The notes under the pieces: generated by a model
What the model saw: the letters and a program-made list of their open reading frames with translations, nothing else
What the model was told of the DNA's origin: nothing
Databases searched by the model: none
Part shown: positions 1 to 13,230 of the stretch, piece after piece
Layout: each line of letters begins with the position of its first letter
Numbering within the stretch: position 1 is the stretch's first letter
DNA from: Felis catus
Lineage: Eukaryota
Assembly: GCF_018350175.1 (NCBI RefSeq)
Contig: NC_058368.1
Location: 91,514,001 to 91,578,000, forward strand
Length of the DNA stretch: 64,000 nucleotides
Direction: 5' to 3'
Made by a program: the position numbers and the translations under genes

Positions 1-10
1 AGACATCACA

Positions 11-3000
11 ATGACTCTAAACCTGTATCTTTCTATAATAACACTGAATGTAAATGGATTAAATGCGCCAACCAAAAGACATAGGGTATCAGAATGGATA
101 AAAAAACAAGACCCATCTATTTGCTGTCTACAAGAGACTCATTTTAGACCTGAGGACACCTTCAGACTGAAAGTGAGGGGATGGAGAACTATTTATCATG
201 CTACTGGAAGCCAAAAGAAAGCTGGAGTAGCCATACTTATATCAGACAAACTAGACTCTAAATTAAAGACTGTAACAAGAGATGAAGAAGGACATTATAT
301 AATAGTTACAGGGTCTATCCATCAGGAAGAGCTAACAATTATAAATGTCTATGTGCCGAATACCGGAGCCCCCAAATATATAAAACAATTACTCATAAAC
401 ATAAGCAACCTTATTGATAAGAATGTGGTAATTGCAGGGGACTTTAACACTCCACTTACAGAAATGGATAGATCATCTAGACACATGGTCAATAAAGAAA
501 CAAGGGCCCTGAATGAGACATTGGATCAGATGGACCTGACAGATATATTTAGAACTCTGCATCCCAAAGCAACAGAATATACTTTCTTCTCAAGTGCACA
601 TGGAACATTCTCCAAGATAGATCATATACTGAGTCACAAAACAGCCCTTCATAAGTATACAAGAATTGAAATTATACCATGCATACTTTCAGACCACAAT
701 GCTATGAAGCTTGAAATCAACCACAGGAAAAAGTCTGGAAAACCTCCAAAAGCATGGAGGTTAAAGAACACTCTACTAAAGAATGAGTGGGTCAACCAGG
801 CAATTAGAGAAGAAATTAAAAAATATATGGAAACAAACGAAAATGAAAATACAAGAATCCAAACGCTTTGGGATGCAGCAAAGGCAGTCCTGAGAGGAAA
901 ATACACTGCAATCCAGGCCTATCTCAAGAAACAAGAAAAATCCCAAATACAAAATCTAACAGCACACCTAAAGGAAATAGAAGCAGAACAGCAGAGGCAG
1001 CCTAAACCCAGCAGAAGAAGAGAAATAATAAAGATCAGAGCAGAAATAAACAACATAGAATCTAAAAAAACTGCAGAGCAGATCAACGAAACCAAGAGTT
1101 GGTTTTTTGAAAAAATAAACAAAATTGACAAACCTCTAGCCAGGCTTCTCAAAAAGAAAAGGGAGATGACCCAAATAGGTAAAATCATGAATGAAAATGG
1201 AATTATTACAACCAATCCCTCAGAGATACAAACAATTATCAGGGAATACTATGAAAAATTATATGCCAACAAACTGGACAACCTGGAAGAAATGGACAAA
1301 TTCCTAAACACCCACACTCTTCCAAAACTCAATCAGGAGGAAATAGAAAGCTTGAACAGACCCATAACCAGTGAAGAAATTGAATCGGTTATCAAAAATC
1401 TCCCAACAAAGAAGAGTCCAGGACCAGATGGCTTCCCAGGGGAGTTCTACCAGATGTTTAAAGCAGAGATAATACCTATCCTTCTCAAGCTATTCCAAGA
1501 AATAGAAAGGGAAGGAAAACTTCCAGACTCATTCTATGAAGCCAGTATTACTTTGATTCCTAAACCAGACAGAGACCCAGTAAAAAAAGAGAACTACAGG
1601 CCAATATCCCTGATGAATATGGGTGCAAAAGTTCTCAATAAGATACTAGCAAATCGAATTCAACAGCATATAAAAAGAATTATTCACCATGATCAAGTGG
1701 GATTCATTCCTGGGATGTAGGGCTGGTTCAACATTCGCAAATCAATCAACGTGATACATCACATTAATAAAAGAAAAGACAAGAACCATATGATCCTGTC
1801 AATCGATGCAGAAAAGGCCTTTGACAAAATTCAGCACTCTTTCTTAATAAAAACCCTTGAGAAAGTCGGGATAGAAGGAACATACTTAAAGATCATAAAA
1901 GCCATTTATGAAAAGCCCACAGCTAACATCATCCTCAATGGGGAAAAACTGAGAGCTTTTTCCCTAAGATCAGGAACACGACAGGGAGGCCCACTCTCAC
2001 CGCTGTTGTTTAACATAGTGTTGGAAGTTCTAGCATCAGCAATCAGACAACAAAAAGAAATCAAAGGCATCAAAATTGGCAAAGATGAAGTCAAGCTTTC
2101 GCTTTTTGCAGATGACATGATACTATACATGGAAAATCCGATAGACTCTACCAAAAGTCTGCTAGAACTGATACATGAATTCAGCACAGTTGCAGGATAC
2201 AAAATCAATGTACAGAAATCAGTTGCATTCTTATACACGAACAATGAAGCAACAGAAAGACAAATAAATAAACTGATCCCATTCACAACTGCACCAAGAA
2301 GCATAAAATACCTAGGAATAAATCTAACCAAAGATGTAAAAGATCTGTATGCTGAAAACTATAGAAAGCTTATGAAGGAAATTGAAAAAGATATAAAGAA
2401 ATGGAAAGACATTCCCTGCTCATGGATTGGAAGAATGTCAAAATGTCAATACTACCCAAAGCTATCTACACATTCAATGCAATTCCAATCAAAATTGCAC
2501 CAGCATTCTTCTCGAAACTAGAACAAGCAATACTAAAATTCATATGGAACCACAAAAAGCCCTGAATAGCCAAAGTAATTTTGAAGAAGAAGACCAAAGC
2601 AGGAGGCATCACCATCCCAGACTTTAGCCTCTACTACAAAGCTGTCATCATCAAGACAGCATGATATTGGCACAAAAACAGACACATAGACCAATGGAAT
2701 AGAATAGAAACCCCAGAACTAGACCCACAAAAGTATGGCCAACTCATCTTTGACAAAGCAGGAAAGAACATCCAATGGAAAAAAGACAGTCTCTTTAACA
2801 AATGGTGCTGGGAGAACTGGACAGCAACATGCAGAAGGTTGAAACTAGACCACTTTCTCACACCATTCACAAAAATAAACTCAAAATGGATAAAGGACCT
2901 GAATGTGAGACAGGAAACCATCAAAACCCTAGAGGAGAAAGCAGGAAAAGACCTCTCTGACCTAAGCCATAGCAATCTCTTACTTGACACATCCCCAAAG

Positions 3001-3567
3001 GCAAGGGAATTAAAAGCAAAAATGAATTACTGGGACCTTATGAAGATAAAAAGCTTCTGCACAGCAAAGGAAACAACCAACAAAACTAAAAGGCAACCAA
3101 CAGAATGGGAAAAGATATTTGCAAATGACATATCGGACAAAAGGCTAGTATCCAAAATCTATAAAGAGCTCACCAAACTCCACACCCAAAAAACAAATAA
3201 CCCAGTGAAGAAATGGGAAGAAAACATGAATAGACATTTCTCTAAAGAAGACATCCGGGGGCGCCTGGGTGGCGCAGTGGTTAAGTGTCCGACTTCAGCC
3301 AGGTCATGATTTTGCGGTCCGTGAGTTCGAGCCCCGCGTCAGGCTCTGGGCTGATGGCTCAGAGCCTGGAGCCTGTTTCCGAGCCTGGAGCCTGTTTCCG
3401 ATTCTGTGTCTCCCTCTCTCTCTGCCCCTCCCCCGTTCATGCTCTGTCTCTCTCTGTCCCAAAAATAAATAAACGTTGAAAAAAAAAAAAAAAAAGAAGA
3501 CATCTGGATGGCCAACAGGCACATGAAAAGATGCTCAACGTCGCTCCTTATCAGGCAAATACAAATC
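11..3567 (+). pseudogene. Disabled L1 ORF2 (endonuclease/reverse transcriptase)
   Basis: TAG at 1718-1720 in PGM(Q)GWF, a short deletion/frameshift near 2435, in-frame TGA near 2563 and 2662, and a SINE insertion at 3257. Confidence 0.93.
3257..3492 (+). mobile_element. Can-SINE (SINEC_Fc-like), young, inserted in L1 ORF2
   Basis: GGGGCGCCTGGGTGGC head, (CT)n, AATAAA, A-tail. TSD AAAGAAGACATC at 3244-3255 and 3493-3504. Internal 19-bp tandem duplication at 3362-3399. Confidence 0.95.
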
Positions 3568-3724
3568 TCAATGTGTCTTTCATTAAAATTTCCCTAATGA
3601 TTGGTGATATTGTTCATTACTTCGTGTTCTCATTAGTCATTTGTACACCTTCTCTTCTCTACCCACGTTCTCTGCAATTTTTGAAGTGGGATGTTTGTTT
3701 TTGTTGTTGTAAGGTAATACAGTG

Positions 3725-3853
3725 GGGTTTTTTGTTTTTTAAGTCAGCTTCATACCAGCACGGAACCCAATGTGGGGCTGGAACTCATGACCCTGAATAC
3801 AACATCTGAGCTGAGATCAAAAGTCACTTAACCAACTGAGCCACCCAGGCACC
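3725..3853 (-). mobile_element. Short/older Can-SINE
   Basis: CAACTGAGCCACCCAGGCACC end and T-rich tail. Confidence 0.8.
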
Positions 3854-5973
3854 TTGGTTGTAGAGTTTTTATATATTCTGGATATTAATGCCTTATCAGA
3901 TACGTCATTTCAAATATATTCTTCCATTCTGTGGGTTGCTTTTCTGCTCTCTTGACAGTGTCCTTGGAAGCACAAAAGTTTAATTTTGAGCAAGTCCAAT
4001 TTATTTTTTTTCCCTTCACTGCCTGTGCTCTGGTGTCATAACCAAGAAATCACTGTGAAATCCAATGTTGTGAAGCTTTCCTTCTATGTTTTATTCTAAT
4101 AGCTTTATAATTTTGGCTCTTAAGTCTTTGATCCATTTTGAGTTAATTTTTGTATATGGTGCAAGGTAAGGATCCAACTTCATTCTTTTGCGTGTGGTTA
4201 TCTAGTATCTCAGCACCATTTGATAAAAAGATTGTCCTTTCTCCACTGACCTTAACACTGTTGTTGAAAATCATTTGACTGTGTATGTGAGGGCTTATGT
4301 CTGGATGCTCTATTCCATTCCATTGAACTACATCACTATCTTTATGCCACTAAAACACTGTCTTGATTACTATAGGTTTGCAGTAAGTTTTTAAATCGGA
4401 AAGTGTGAGGCTGCCAATTGTGTTCTTTTTGAAGGTATTTTCGGCTGGCTGAGGTCCCTTAATATGAATTTTAGAATGGACTCTTCTATTTCTGAAAAAA
4501 AAAAAAATCTGTTGGATGCTGACTGAATTGCATCGAATCTATAGATCACTTTGGGTAGTGTTGACAACTATAATAAGTCTTCTGTCCACACACAAGATGG
4601 TGCATTTATGTGTATCTTGTCTAGTTAACTTCACCAATGTTTTATAGTTTCCACATACAAGTCTTCCACCTCTTTGGATAAATTTGTTTCTAAGTATTTT
4701 ATTCTTTTTGATGATACTGTAAATTGAGTTTTTAATTTTGGATTGTTCATTGTTAGCATATAGAAACTCAATTTTTACATGCTGATTTTCCATCCTGCAA
4801 CATTGCTGTATTTTTAGTAGTTCTAATAGTTTTGGTGGAATCTTTAGGGTTTTCTGCATATAAGATCATCTCATATGTGAACAAAGAAAATTTCACTTCT
4901 TCCTTTCCAATATAGATGTTGTTTATTTCTTTTTCTTGCTTCATTGCTCTAGTTAGGACTTCCAGGACCAAAATGAATAGAAGTGGCAAAAACAGGTCTC
5001 TTTGTCTTGTTCCTGATCATAGGAGAAAAGCTTTCCATTTTTTCACCATTGAGCAGGTATTTCAACATTGAGCATGATGGTTTTTTTTCATATAAGTCAT
5101 TTCATTAATGACATTTTCTACTTTCTATTTCTATGTTTCTATATTCTATTTTCTATATTTCTATTTTCTATTTATAGTTTGTTCATTTTTTTCAATCATG
5201 AAAAGGTGTAGAATTTTGTCAAATGCTTTTTATCAACTGTGATAATCACATGGGTTTTTTTTTCCTTTGTTCTATTAATGTGGTATATTACACTGGTTAA
5301 TTTTCACATGGCAAACCATCCTGGAATTAATGCCACTTGGCTATGGTGTCTAATCCTTTTAATATGCTGCTGAATTTGGACTACTATTTTATTGGGGTTT
5401 TGCATTTACTCTCATAGGGAATATTCATTGGTCTGTAGTTTTCTTACACTGTTTTCGGTTTTGCTGTCAGGGCAATGCTAGCCTTACAAAATGAACTTGG
5501 AAGTATTCCTTCCTTTTCATTTAAAAAAAAAAAAAAAACTTTGAGAAGGATTTTTTTTTAATTCTTTTTAACTGTTGGTGATATTCACTGGTGAAACCAT
5601 TTGGTCCAGGGCTTTTCTTTGTTGGGAATTTTCAGTTACTGATACAATCTACTTATTAGTTCCAAGTCTGTTAAGATTTATTCCTTTATAATTCAGTCTT
5701 GGTAGATGTTATCTTTCTAGGGATTGGTCCATTTCATTAGGTTATACTATTGGTGAATAACTGTTCACAGTATTCTATCATAATCCTTATGAGTAAAATC
5801 TGTAGTAATGCCCCCATTTTCATTTCTGATTTTAGTATTTAAGTCTTCTTTCTTTCTTTGTCAATATAACTAAAGGTCGGTCAATTTTATTGCTCTTTTC
5901 AAAGAACCTATTTTTGGCTACATTGATTTTCTCTACTGTTTTTCCATTCTCTATTTTATTTATGCCAACTCCC

Positions 5974-6356
5974 TTTTCTAATTTTATTTTTTATTTTTTA
6001 AAATTTACATTCAAATTAGTAGCATATAGTGAAACAATGATTTCAGGCGTAGATTCCTTAATGCCCCTTACCCATTTAGCCCATCCCCCCTCCTACAACC
6101 CCTCCAGCAACCCTCAGTTTGTTCTCCATATTTATGAGTCTCTTCTGTTTTGTCCCCCTCCCTGTTTTTATGTTATTTTTGTTTCCCTTCCCTTATGTTC
6201 ATCTGTTTTGTCTCTTAAAGTCCTCATATGAGTGAAGTCCTATGATTTTTGTCTTTCTCTGACTAATTTCACTTAGCATAATACCTTCCAGTTCCATCCA
6301 TGTAGTTGCAAATGGCAAGCTTTCATTCTTTTTGATTGCTGAGTAATACTCCATTG

Positions 6357-6415
<59 letters not shown>

Positions 6416-7021
6416 TGCATCTTCTTCATCCATTCATCCATCGATGGACATTTGGGCTCTTTCCATACTTTGGTTATTGTGGATAGTGCTGCTATAAACA
6501 TGGGGGTGCATGTGTCCCTTCGAAACAGCACACCTGTATCCCATGGATAAATGCCTAGTAGTGAAATTGCTGGGTCGTAGGGTAGTTCTATTTTTAATTT
6601 TTGAGGAACCTCCATACTGTTTTCCGGAATGGCTGCACCAGCTTGCATTCCCACCAACAATGCAAGAGAGATCCTCTTTCTCCGCATCCTTGCCAACATC
6701 TGTTGTTGCCTGAGTTGTTAATGTTAGCCATTCTGACAGGTATGAGGTGGTATCTCATTATGGTTTTGATTTGTATTTACCTGATGATGAGTGGTGTTGA
6801 GCATTTTTTCATGTGTCAGTTGGCCATCTGGATGTCTTCCTTGTAGAAGTGTCTATTCATATCTTTTGCCCATTTCTTCACTGGAGTCTTTGTTTTTTGG
6901 GTGTTGAGTTTGATAAGTTCTTTATAGATTTTGGATACTAACCCTTTATCTGATATGTCGTTTGCAAATATCTTCTCCCATTCTGTCGGTTGCCTTTTAG
7001 TTTTGCTGATTGTTTCCTTGG
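5974..7021 (-). mobile_element. 5'-truncated carnivore L1 (ORF2 C-terminus plus 3'UTR) nested in the old L1
   Basis: Minus ORFs [16 protein letters not shown] and ELPYDPAISLLGIYP, T-rich tail at left, TSD CCAACTCCC at 5965-5973 and 7024-7032. Confidence 0.92.
6361..6412. repeat. (TA)n microsatellite inside L1
   Basis: About 26 uninterrupted TA units. Confidence 0.97.
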
Positions 7022-7571
7022 CACCAACTCCCATCTTAATTATTTCTTTTCTTCTGTTTGTTTTGGGTTTGAATTGTCCTGCTTTCCTTAAAGTTATTGA
7101 TTTGAGATCTTTCTTCTTCCATTTTTTTTCTTTTTTTAATGTAAGTTTTTACAGTGATCAATTTCCCTGTTAGCACAGCATTTCCTATAGAGCAGATGTA
7201 GCTTTTGTTTATCTGGGAATGTCTTAATTTCTCTCTCATTTTTGAAGGACTGTTTTTGCTGCATATAGAAATCTCGGTTGACAGGTTTGTTTGTTTTCAG
7301 CACTTTAAATATCTTATTCCTGCCTTCTGGCCTCCAAGATTTCTACTGAGAAATCAGTTAATAGTCCTATCAAAAATCTACTGTATTTGATGAATCATCC
7401 ATTTCTTCTTGCTGCCTTCCACGATTCTCCTTTTATCCTTGGCTTTCAATAGTTTAATTATAATGTATCTCAATGTGGATCTCTGTGAGTTTGTCCTACA
7501 TGGAGTTTGCAGAGTTCCACGGATTTGTAAATTCGTGTCTTTAATTGAATTTGGGAAGTTTTCAAGCCATT

Positions 7572-7795
7572 CTTTTTTCTTTTTTTTTTTTTTGTTAATG
7601 TTTATTTAGTTTTGAGAGAGACAGAGACAGAATGTGAGTGGGTTAGGGGCAGAGAGAGGAGACACAGAATCCAAAGCAGGCTCCAGGCTCCGAGATGTCA
7701 GCACAGAGCCCGACATGGGGCTTGAACTCACAAGCTGTGAGATCATGACCTGAGCCGAAGTTGGACACTCAACTGACTGAGCCACCCAGGTGCCC
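7572..7795 (-). mobile_element. Can-SINE
   Basis: Full body; TSD CAAGCCATT at 7563-7571 and 7796-7804. Confidence 0.93.
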
Positions 7796-8131
7796 CAAGC
7801 CATTATTTTTCCAAATAATTTGCCTCTTTCTCTCATTTCCTTCTGAGACTCTCATAATGGATATATTGACCTATTTGCTAGTAATTTCAAATGTTCTATC
7901 TTCACATTTGCTAATTCTTTCTTCTGCTTGCTGAAATCTGGAGTTGAATCCCTCTACAGAATTTCCAATTCATTTTCTTTCTTTTTAAGCTCCAGAAGTT
8001 GTTTGGTTCCTTTTTATAAATTGCTATCTTTTTGTTGATACCATTTTTTCCACTTCCTTTAGTTCTTTGCCCATATTTTCCTTTAGCTCTTTGAACATAT
8101 TCAAGACAATTTTTTAAAAATGTCTTTGCCT

Positions 8132-8352
8132 GGGGCACCTGGGTGGCTCAGTCAGTTAGGTAGCCAACCTCAGCTCAGGTCATTGTCTTGTGGTTCGTGA
8201 GTTTGAGCCCCACGTCGGGCTCTGTGCTGACAGCTGCAGCCTGGGGCCTGCTTTGGATTCTGTGTCTCCCTCTCTCTCCCTGTCCCACCCCCTCTCACAC
8301 TCTGTGTCTGTGTCTCAAATGTTAAAAAAAAATTTAATAAAAATAAATAACT
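8132..8352 (+). mobile_element. Can-SINE
   Basis: Full body; TSD AAAATGTCTTTGCCT on both sides. Confidence 0.93.
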
Positions 8353-8404
8353 AAAATGTCTTTGCCTGTCTGATGTCTGTATTTTTCCAAGAACAGTTTC
8401 TGCA

Positions 8405-8772
8405 GCCTTAGTCTGGTCAGACTATTATAAGAAAATACCATAGACTGGATGACTTAAGCAACAAACTTGTACTTCTCAAGGTTGTAGAGGCTGGGAAGTC
8501 CAAGTTCAAGGTTCCAGCAGATTCAGTTACTGGTGCGGCCCTCTTTGTGAATTATAGATACAACCTTCTTGCTGTATCCTCATATGGTGGAGAGAAAGCG
8601 CTTATTATTCTCTTCTTATAAGGATACTAACCCCATCATGGAGGTCCCACTCCCATGGCCTCATCTAAACTTAATTATTTCCCAAAGGCCTCACCTCTAC
8701 ACCTTCATATTGGGGATTTGAATTCATATATGAATTGCGGGGGCAGGGAGGGAACAGATTCAATCCCATAAC
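8405..8772 (-). mobile_element. MaLR solo LTR (MLT1A-like)
   Basis: AAAATACCATAGACTGGATGACTTAAGCAAC...GGCTGGGAAGTCCAAG...CCCATAACA, recognised as an MLT1 pattern. Confidence 0.8.
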
Positions 8773-8865
8773 ACTACCAATTTATTTCCTTCCCTTGAAT
8801 GAGCCATGTTTTCTTGTTTCTTTAGGTCTTGTGATTTTGTTGTTGCTATTGAAAACTGGGCACTT

Positions 8866-9087
8866 GGGGCGCCTGGGTGGCGCAGTCGGTTAAGCGTCCG
8901 ACTTCAGCCAGGTCACGATCTCGCGGTCCGTGAGTTCGAGCCCCGCGTCGGGCTCTGGGCTGATGGCTCGGAGCCTGGAGCCTGTTTCCGATTCTGTGTC
9001 TCCCTCTCTCTCTGCCCCTCCCCCATTCATGCTCTGTCTCTGTCGCAAAAATAAATAAACGTTGAAAAAAAAATTTTTTTAAAAAAA
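8866..9087 (+). mobile_element. Very young Can-SINE (SINEC_Fc-like)
   Basis: CpG-rich, near consensus; perfect 15-bp TSD GAAAACTGGGCACTT at 8851-8865 and 9088-9102. Confidence 0.96.
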
Positions 9088-11530
9088 GAAAACTGGGCAC
9101 TTGAAAAAAGTCACATAGATGCAGTTTCTGGATCTGCATGTATAGAGCCTGGAAGTTGCCATTCCAATATAACAACAAGTAAAAAACTGGACAGAACAAT
9201 CATCAATTCTTCTAGGATCTGCAAGACAGGTGAGAACACAGGACAAACCATTACTCCCAAGACTGGAGAAACCAAGAGGTGATTACAGAAAATGACTTAT
9301 TGAAGCAGAGACTCAGCAGCAGAAACTGCTGCAGGAACAATTGCAGGGTAGAAAAACTCAACAGTAATTGACAGTTACTGGAGGCTGGGTGGGAACAATT
9401 CTGAGAGTTAAAAGTTCCAGGAGACCTCATCCTAAGAGGGGTGCCAAAATTTTGTGAGATTTTCAGGAGCTCTATGAGATTTTCTCAGTAAATACTAGAG
9501 GAAAATCTCCTGTGTTTCCAGGAAGGAAAAAGAAGAAGGAACAATCTTGAAATATAACACAGCACTCTGTTCTTAACAAGGCCTGCCCTCAGAAGAAACT
9601 AGTTAACCAGTGCCTAAATTGCTACAGTATTATCAGAGCCTAACTATCCCAGAGGAAGGGAAATGCCCAACTCTACTCAGCCCTACCCTTCCATATGGGG
9701 GAAGAAGTAGCCAACTCTAGCACATCCAAGCCATCCTGTCTCACTTACAAAGTTAGGAGAAAAAAGATTTTAAAACACTTGTAAAGTTCACGGTCACGAA
9801 GCATAAGCTTACTAAAAAACTGACACCTAATCACAGAACTATAGAAAATTTTCCTGCCACTCACAACTTACCACTGCATTACTAAAGGCCCATTTATAGC
9901 AATTCCCTTTGTCCTGTTCATCATTTCCACCTACAAAGAAAAAACACAATACATGCCAAAAGGCAGAACATACAACCTGAAGAGACAGAGCAAGCATCAG
10001 AACTAGACATGGCAGGGAAGTTGGAATTTTAAGACTGGGAATTTAAAACAACTATAATTAATAGGCTAAGGGCTCTAATGGATAAAGTAGACAGCATGCA
10101 AGAACAGATGGGCAGTGTGAGGAAAGAGACAGAAATCCTAAGAAGGAACAAAAAAAAATTGCTAGAGATCAAAAACACTGTAACAGATATGAAGATTGCC
10201 CTTAATGGACTTACTAGTAGACTGAACATGGCTGAGAAAAGAATCTCTGAACTTGAGGATATCTCAGTAGAAACCTCCAAAACTGAAAACCAAAGAAAAA
10301 AGCCTAAAACAAAACAAAACAAACAGTAACTGTAGGACAACTACAAATGGTGTAATATTCAGGTAATGGGAATACCAGAAGGAGAAGAAAGGAATGGAAG
10401 ATTTGAAACAATAGTAACTGAGAATTTTCCCAAATTAACATCAGACACCATACCACAGATCCAGGAAGTTCAGAGAGCATTAAATAATTTGGATGAATTC
10501 TAAAAACACTAAAATACTACACCTATGCATACCATTTTTAAATTATAGAAAAGCAAAGATAATGAAAATATAGTGAAAGAAACCAGAGGAAAAAACACCT
10601 TAGCTATAGAGGAACAAAGATAAGAATGCCACTATTATACCCACAATTTATGAGGCCACCATATGTCTAACATCTCTTCAGAAACCATGCAAGCAAGAAG
10701 AGAGTGAAGTATTTAAAGTGTTGGGGAAAAAAACACTACCAATCTAGAATTCTGTACCCTGCAAAATTATCCTTGAAAAGTGAAGGAGAAATAAAGACTT
10801 TATCAGACAAACGAAAATGAAGGGAATTTGTTGCCAGTATATCTGCTTTGCAAGAAATGTTGAAAGAGCTTCTTTAGAGAGAAGGAAAATAATATAGGTT
10901 AGAAACTCAGATCTTCATAAAGAAAGGAAGGGCACCAAAGGAGGATTAAAACTTTTATCTTCCTTATTCTTAATTGATCTAAAAGACAACAGTTTGTTCA
11001 AAATAATAGCAACAATGTATTTGACTACCTATGCTAATATATATCATAGATATGTTTATAGCAGCTAACTGAATGACAGCAATGATACATGGCAAAAGAG
11101 GGAGGAATTGAGATTATATTGCTCTTATTAGGTACTCACAAAACCCATGAAGTAGTATAGTGTTACTTAAAAGTAAACTTATATTAGTTATAGATTTATT
11201 GCAAACTTTAGGGCAACCACTAAAGAAAGTAATAAAAAGAAGTATAATTGATATGCTACAAATAAAAGGATATGCTACAGAGTAAAAGGAATCATATAAG
11301 ATGCTCAATTAAAACATAAAAGGTAAAAAGAACATGGAAGACAAATATAGGAACAAAGAGCAAGGACAACAAATAGAAAACAGTAAAAAATATGGTAACA
11401 TTAATTCAATTATATCAATAATCACTTTGAACATCAGTGCTTTAAATACACCAAGTGAAAGACAAATTGTCTGATGTATCAAAAAACATGACTCAACTAT
11501 ATGTTGTCTACAAGATACCCATTTTATAGA

Positions 11531-11736
11531 TTTTTTAATTTGTTGATGTTTATTTTTGAGAGAGAGAAACAAAGAGAGTGTGGTCGAGGGAGGGACAGAG
11601 AGAGGGAGTCACAGAGCAGGCTCCAGGCTCCAAGCTGTCAGCACAGAGCCTGGTGTGGGGCTCACACCCATGGACCAGAAGATCATGACCTGAGCTGAAG
11701 TCGGATGCTTACCTGACTGAGTCACCCAGGCGCCCC
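11531..11736 (-). mobile_element. Can-SINE
   Basis: Reverse-complement SINE body ending CACCCAGGCGCCCC. Confidence 0.9.
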
Positions 11737-12680
11737 ATGATTCCCTTTTAAATAAAAAGACACCTATAGATTAAAAGTAAATGGAGAAAAATAGACTATG
11801 CTAACACTAACCAAAGAAAGTTGGAATTAACTATATTAACTTCAGAAAGAACAAGTGTTAATGCAAGGAAAGTTATCAGGGATAAAAAAGGGAATTAAAG
11901 AATGATAAAGGGGGCAATTCTCCAGGAAAACATAACAATCCTTAATGTGTATGTGCCTAACAATGGATCATCAAATTGCATGAGGCAAACTGACAGAACT
12001 GTAAGGAGAAACAGAAGACTCAACTATCAGAACTGGAAACTTCAATACCCCTCTATCAGAAATGAGTAGATTGAGCAGACAGAAAGCCAGTAAGGATGTA
12101 ATTGAACTCAATAACACCATCAATCAAGTAGATATAATGGACATTTATAGAATACTCCATCCAACAACAAATACACATTCTTCTCAAACTCATATGGAAT
12201 ATTCACCAAGATAGACCACGTTCTGGGCCATAAAACACATCTTAACATATTTAAAGTTATACCAGTCATACAATATTTGCTCTTGGATCACAATGGAATT
12301 AAACTAGAAATCAATTACAGAAAGATAGCTAGAGAAATCCCAAAATTCTTGGAGATTAAACAATATACTTCTAAATATCACATGGATCAAAGAAATCTTA
12401 AGATAAATTTTAAAATATTTTGAACTAAATGAAAATCAAAACACAACTTACCAACTTATCACTTGTCAGGTGTAGTGAAAGCAGTACTTGGAGGGAAATT
12501 TATAGCATTGAATACATACATAAGAAGATCTAATATTAATAATCCAAGTTTCCACCTTAGGAAACTAGCAAAAAAGAGCAAATTAAGCAAAGTAAACAGA
12601 AGAAAAGAATAACAGAGCAGAATGAAGTTGAGAACAGGAAATCAATAGCAAAAAATCAATAAAACCAATAGCTGGTTCTT

Positions 12681-12892
12681 TTCTTTTTTAATGTTTATTT
12701 ATATTTGAGAGAGAAAGAGAGACAGTACATGAGTGGGGGAGGGGCAGAAAGAGATGGAGACAGAATTCAAAGCAGGCTCCAGGCTCCAAGCTGTCAGCAC
12801 AGAGCCCGATGTGGGGCTCGAACCCACAGACCGGGAGATCATGACCTGAACCGAAGTAGAACACTCAGCTAACTGAACCACCCAGGCGCCCC
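12681..12892 (-). mobile_element. Can-SINE
   Basis: SINE body flanked by AATA(G/T)CTGGTTCTT repeats. Confidence 0.92.
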
Positions 12893-13040
12893 CAATATCT
12901 GGTTCTTTGAAAAGATCAACAATATCAAAAAGCCTTGAGCCAGGTTAAGAAAAAAAGAGACAGCCCATGGATTACTAATATGGGATATGAAAGAAAGGAT
13001 ATCACCACAGAACCCAGGGACAATAAAAGTATAATAAAGG

Positions 13041-13230
13041 AGTTGCACCTGCGTGGCTCAGTGGGTTGAGTGACTGACTCAGACTCAGGTCATAACCTCA
13101 TGCATCATGGGTTCGAGCCCTGCATCGGGCTTGGCATGCTGCTGTCAGCTCACAGTTTGCTTCGGATCCTCTATCCCCCTCTCTCTCTGTCCCTTCCCCA
13201 CTAGTGCTATCTCAAAAATAAATACATACT
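13041..13230 (+). mobile_element. Can-SINE (older)
   Basis: Diverged head GTGGCTCAGT, (CT)n, AAAAATAAA. Confidence 0.85.

Larger units (their letters stand above)
1..3567 (+). mobile_element. Young carnivore/felid LINE-1, ORF2 region; 5' part lies outside the window and the 3' end stops abruptly
   Basis: ORFs 11-1720, 1751-2521 and 2839-3256 encode the L1 ORF2 endonuclease ([21 protein letters not shown]) and reverse transcriptase (FADDMI). Homology ends at ...AAATACAAATC 3567 with no 3'UTR or polyA. Confidence 0.97.
3565..9114 (-). mobile_element. Old L1 (L1M-type), ORF2/ORF1/5' region, heavily interrupted
   Basis: Minus-strand ORF remnants such as [20 protein letters not shown] (4768-4989) and typical antisense L1 composition. 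Appears to resume at ~16418. Confidence 0.85.

Noticed and set aside
11..2521. L1 ORF2 as an active or domesticated gene
   Set aside because: Premature stop, frameshift, further stops, a SINE insertion and a missing 3' end.
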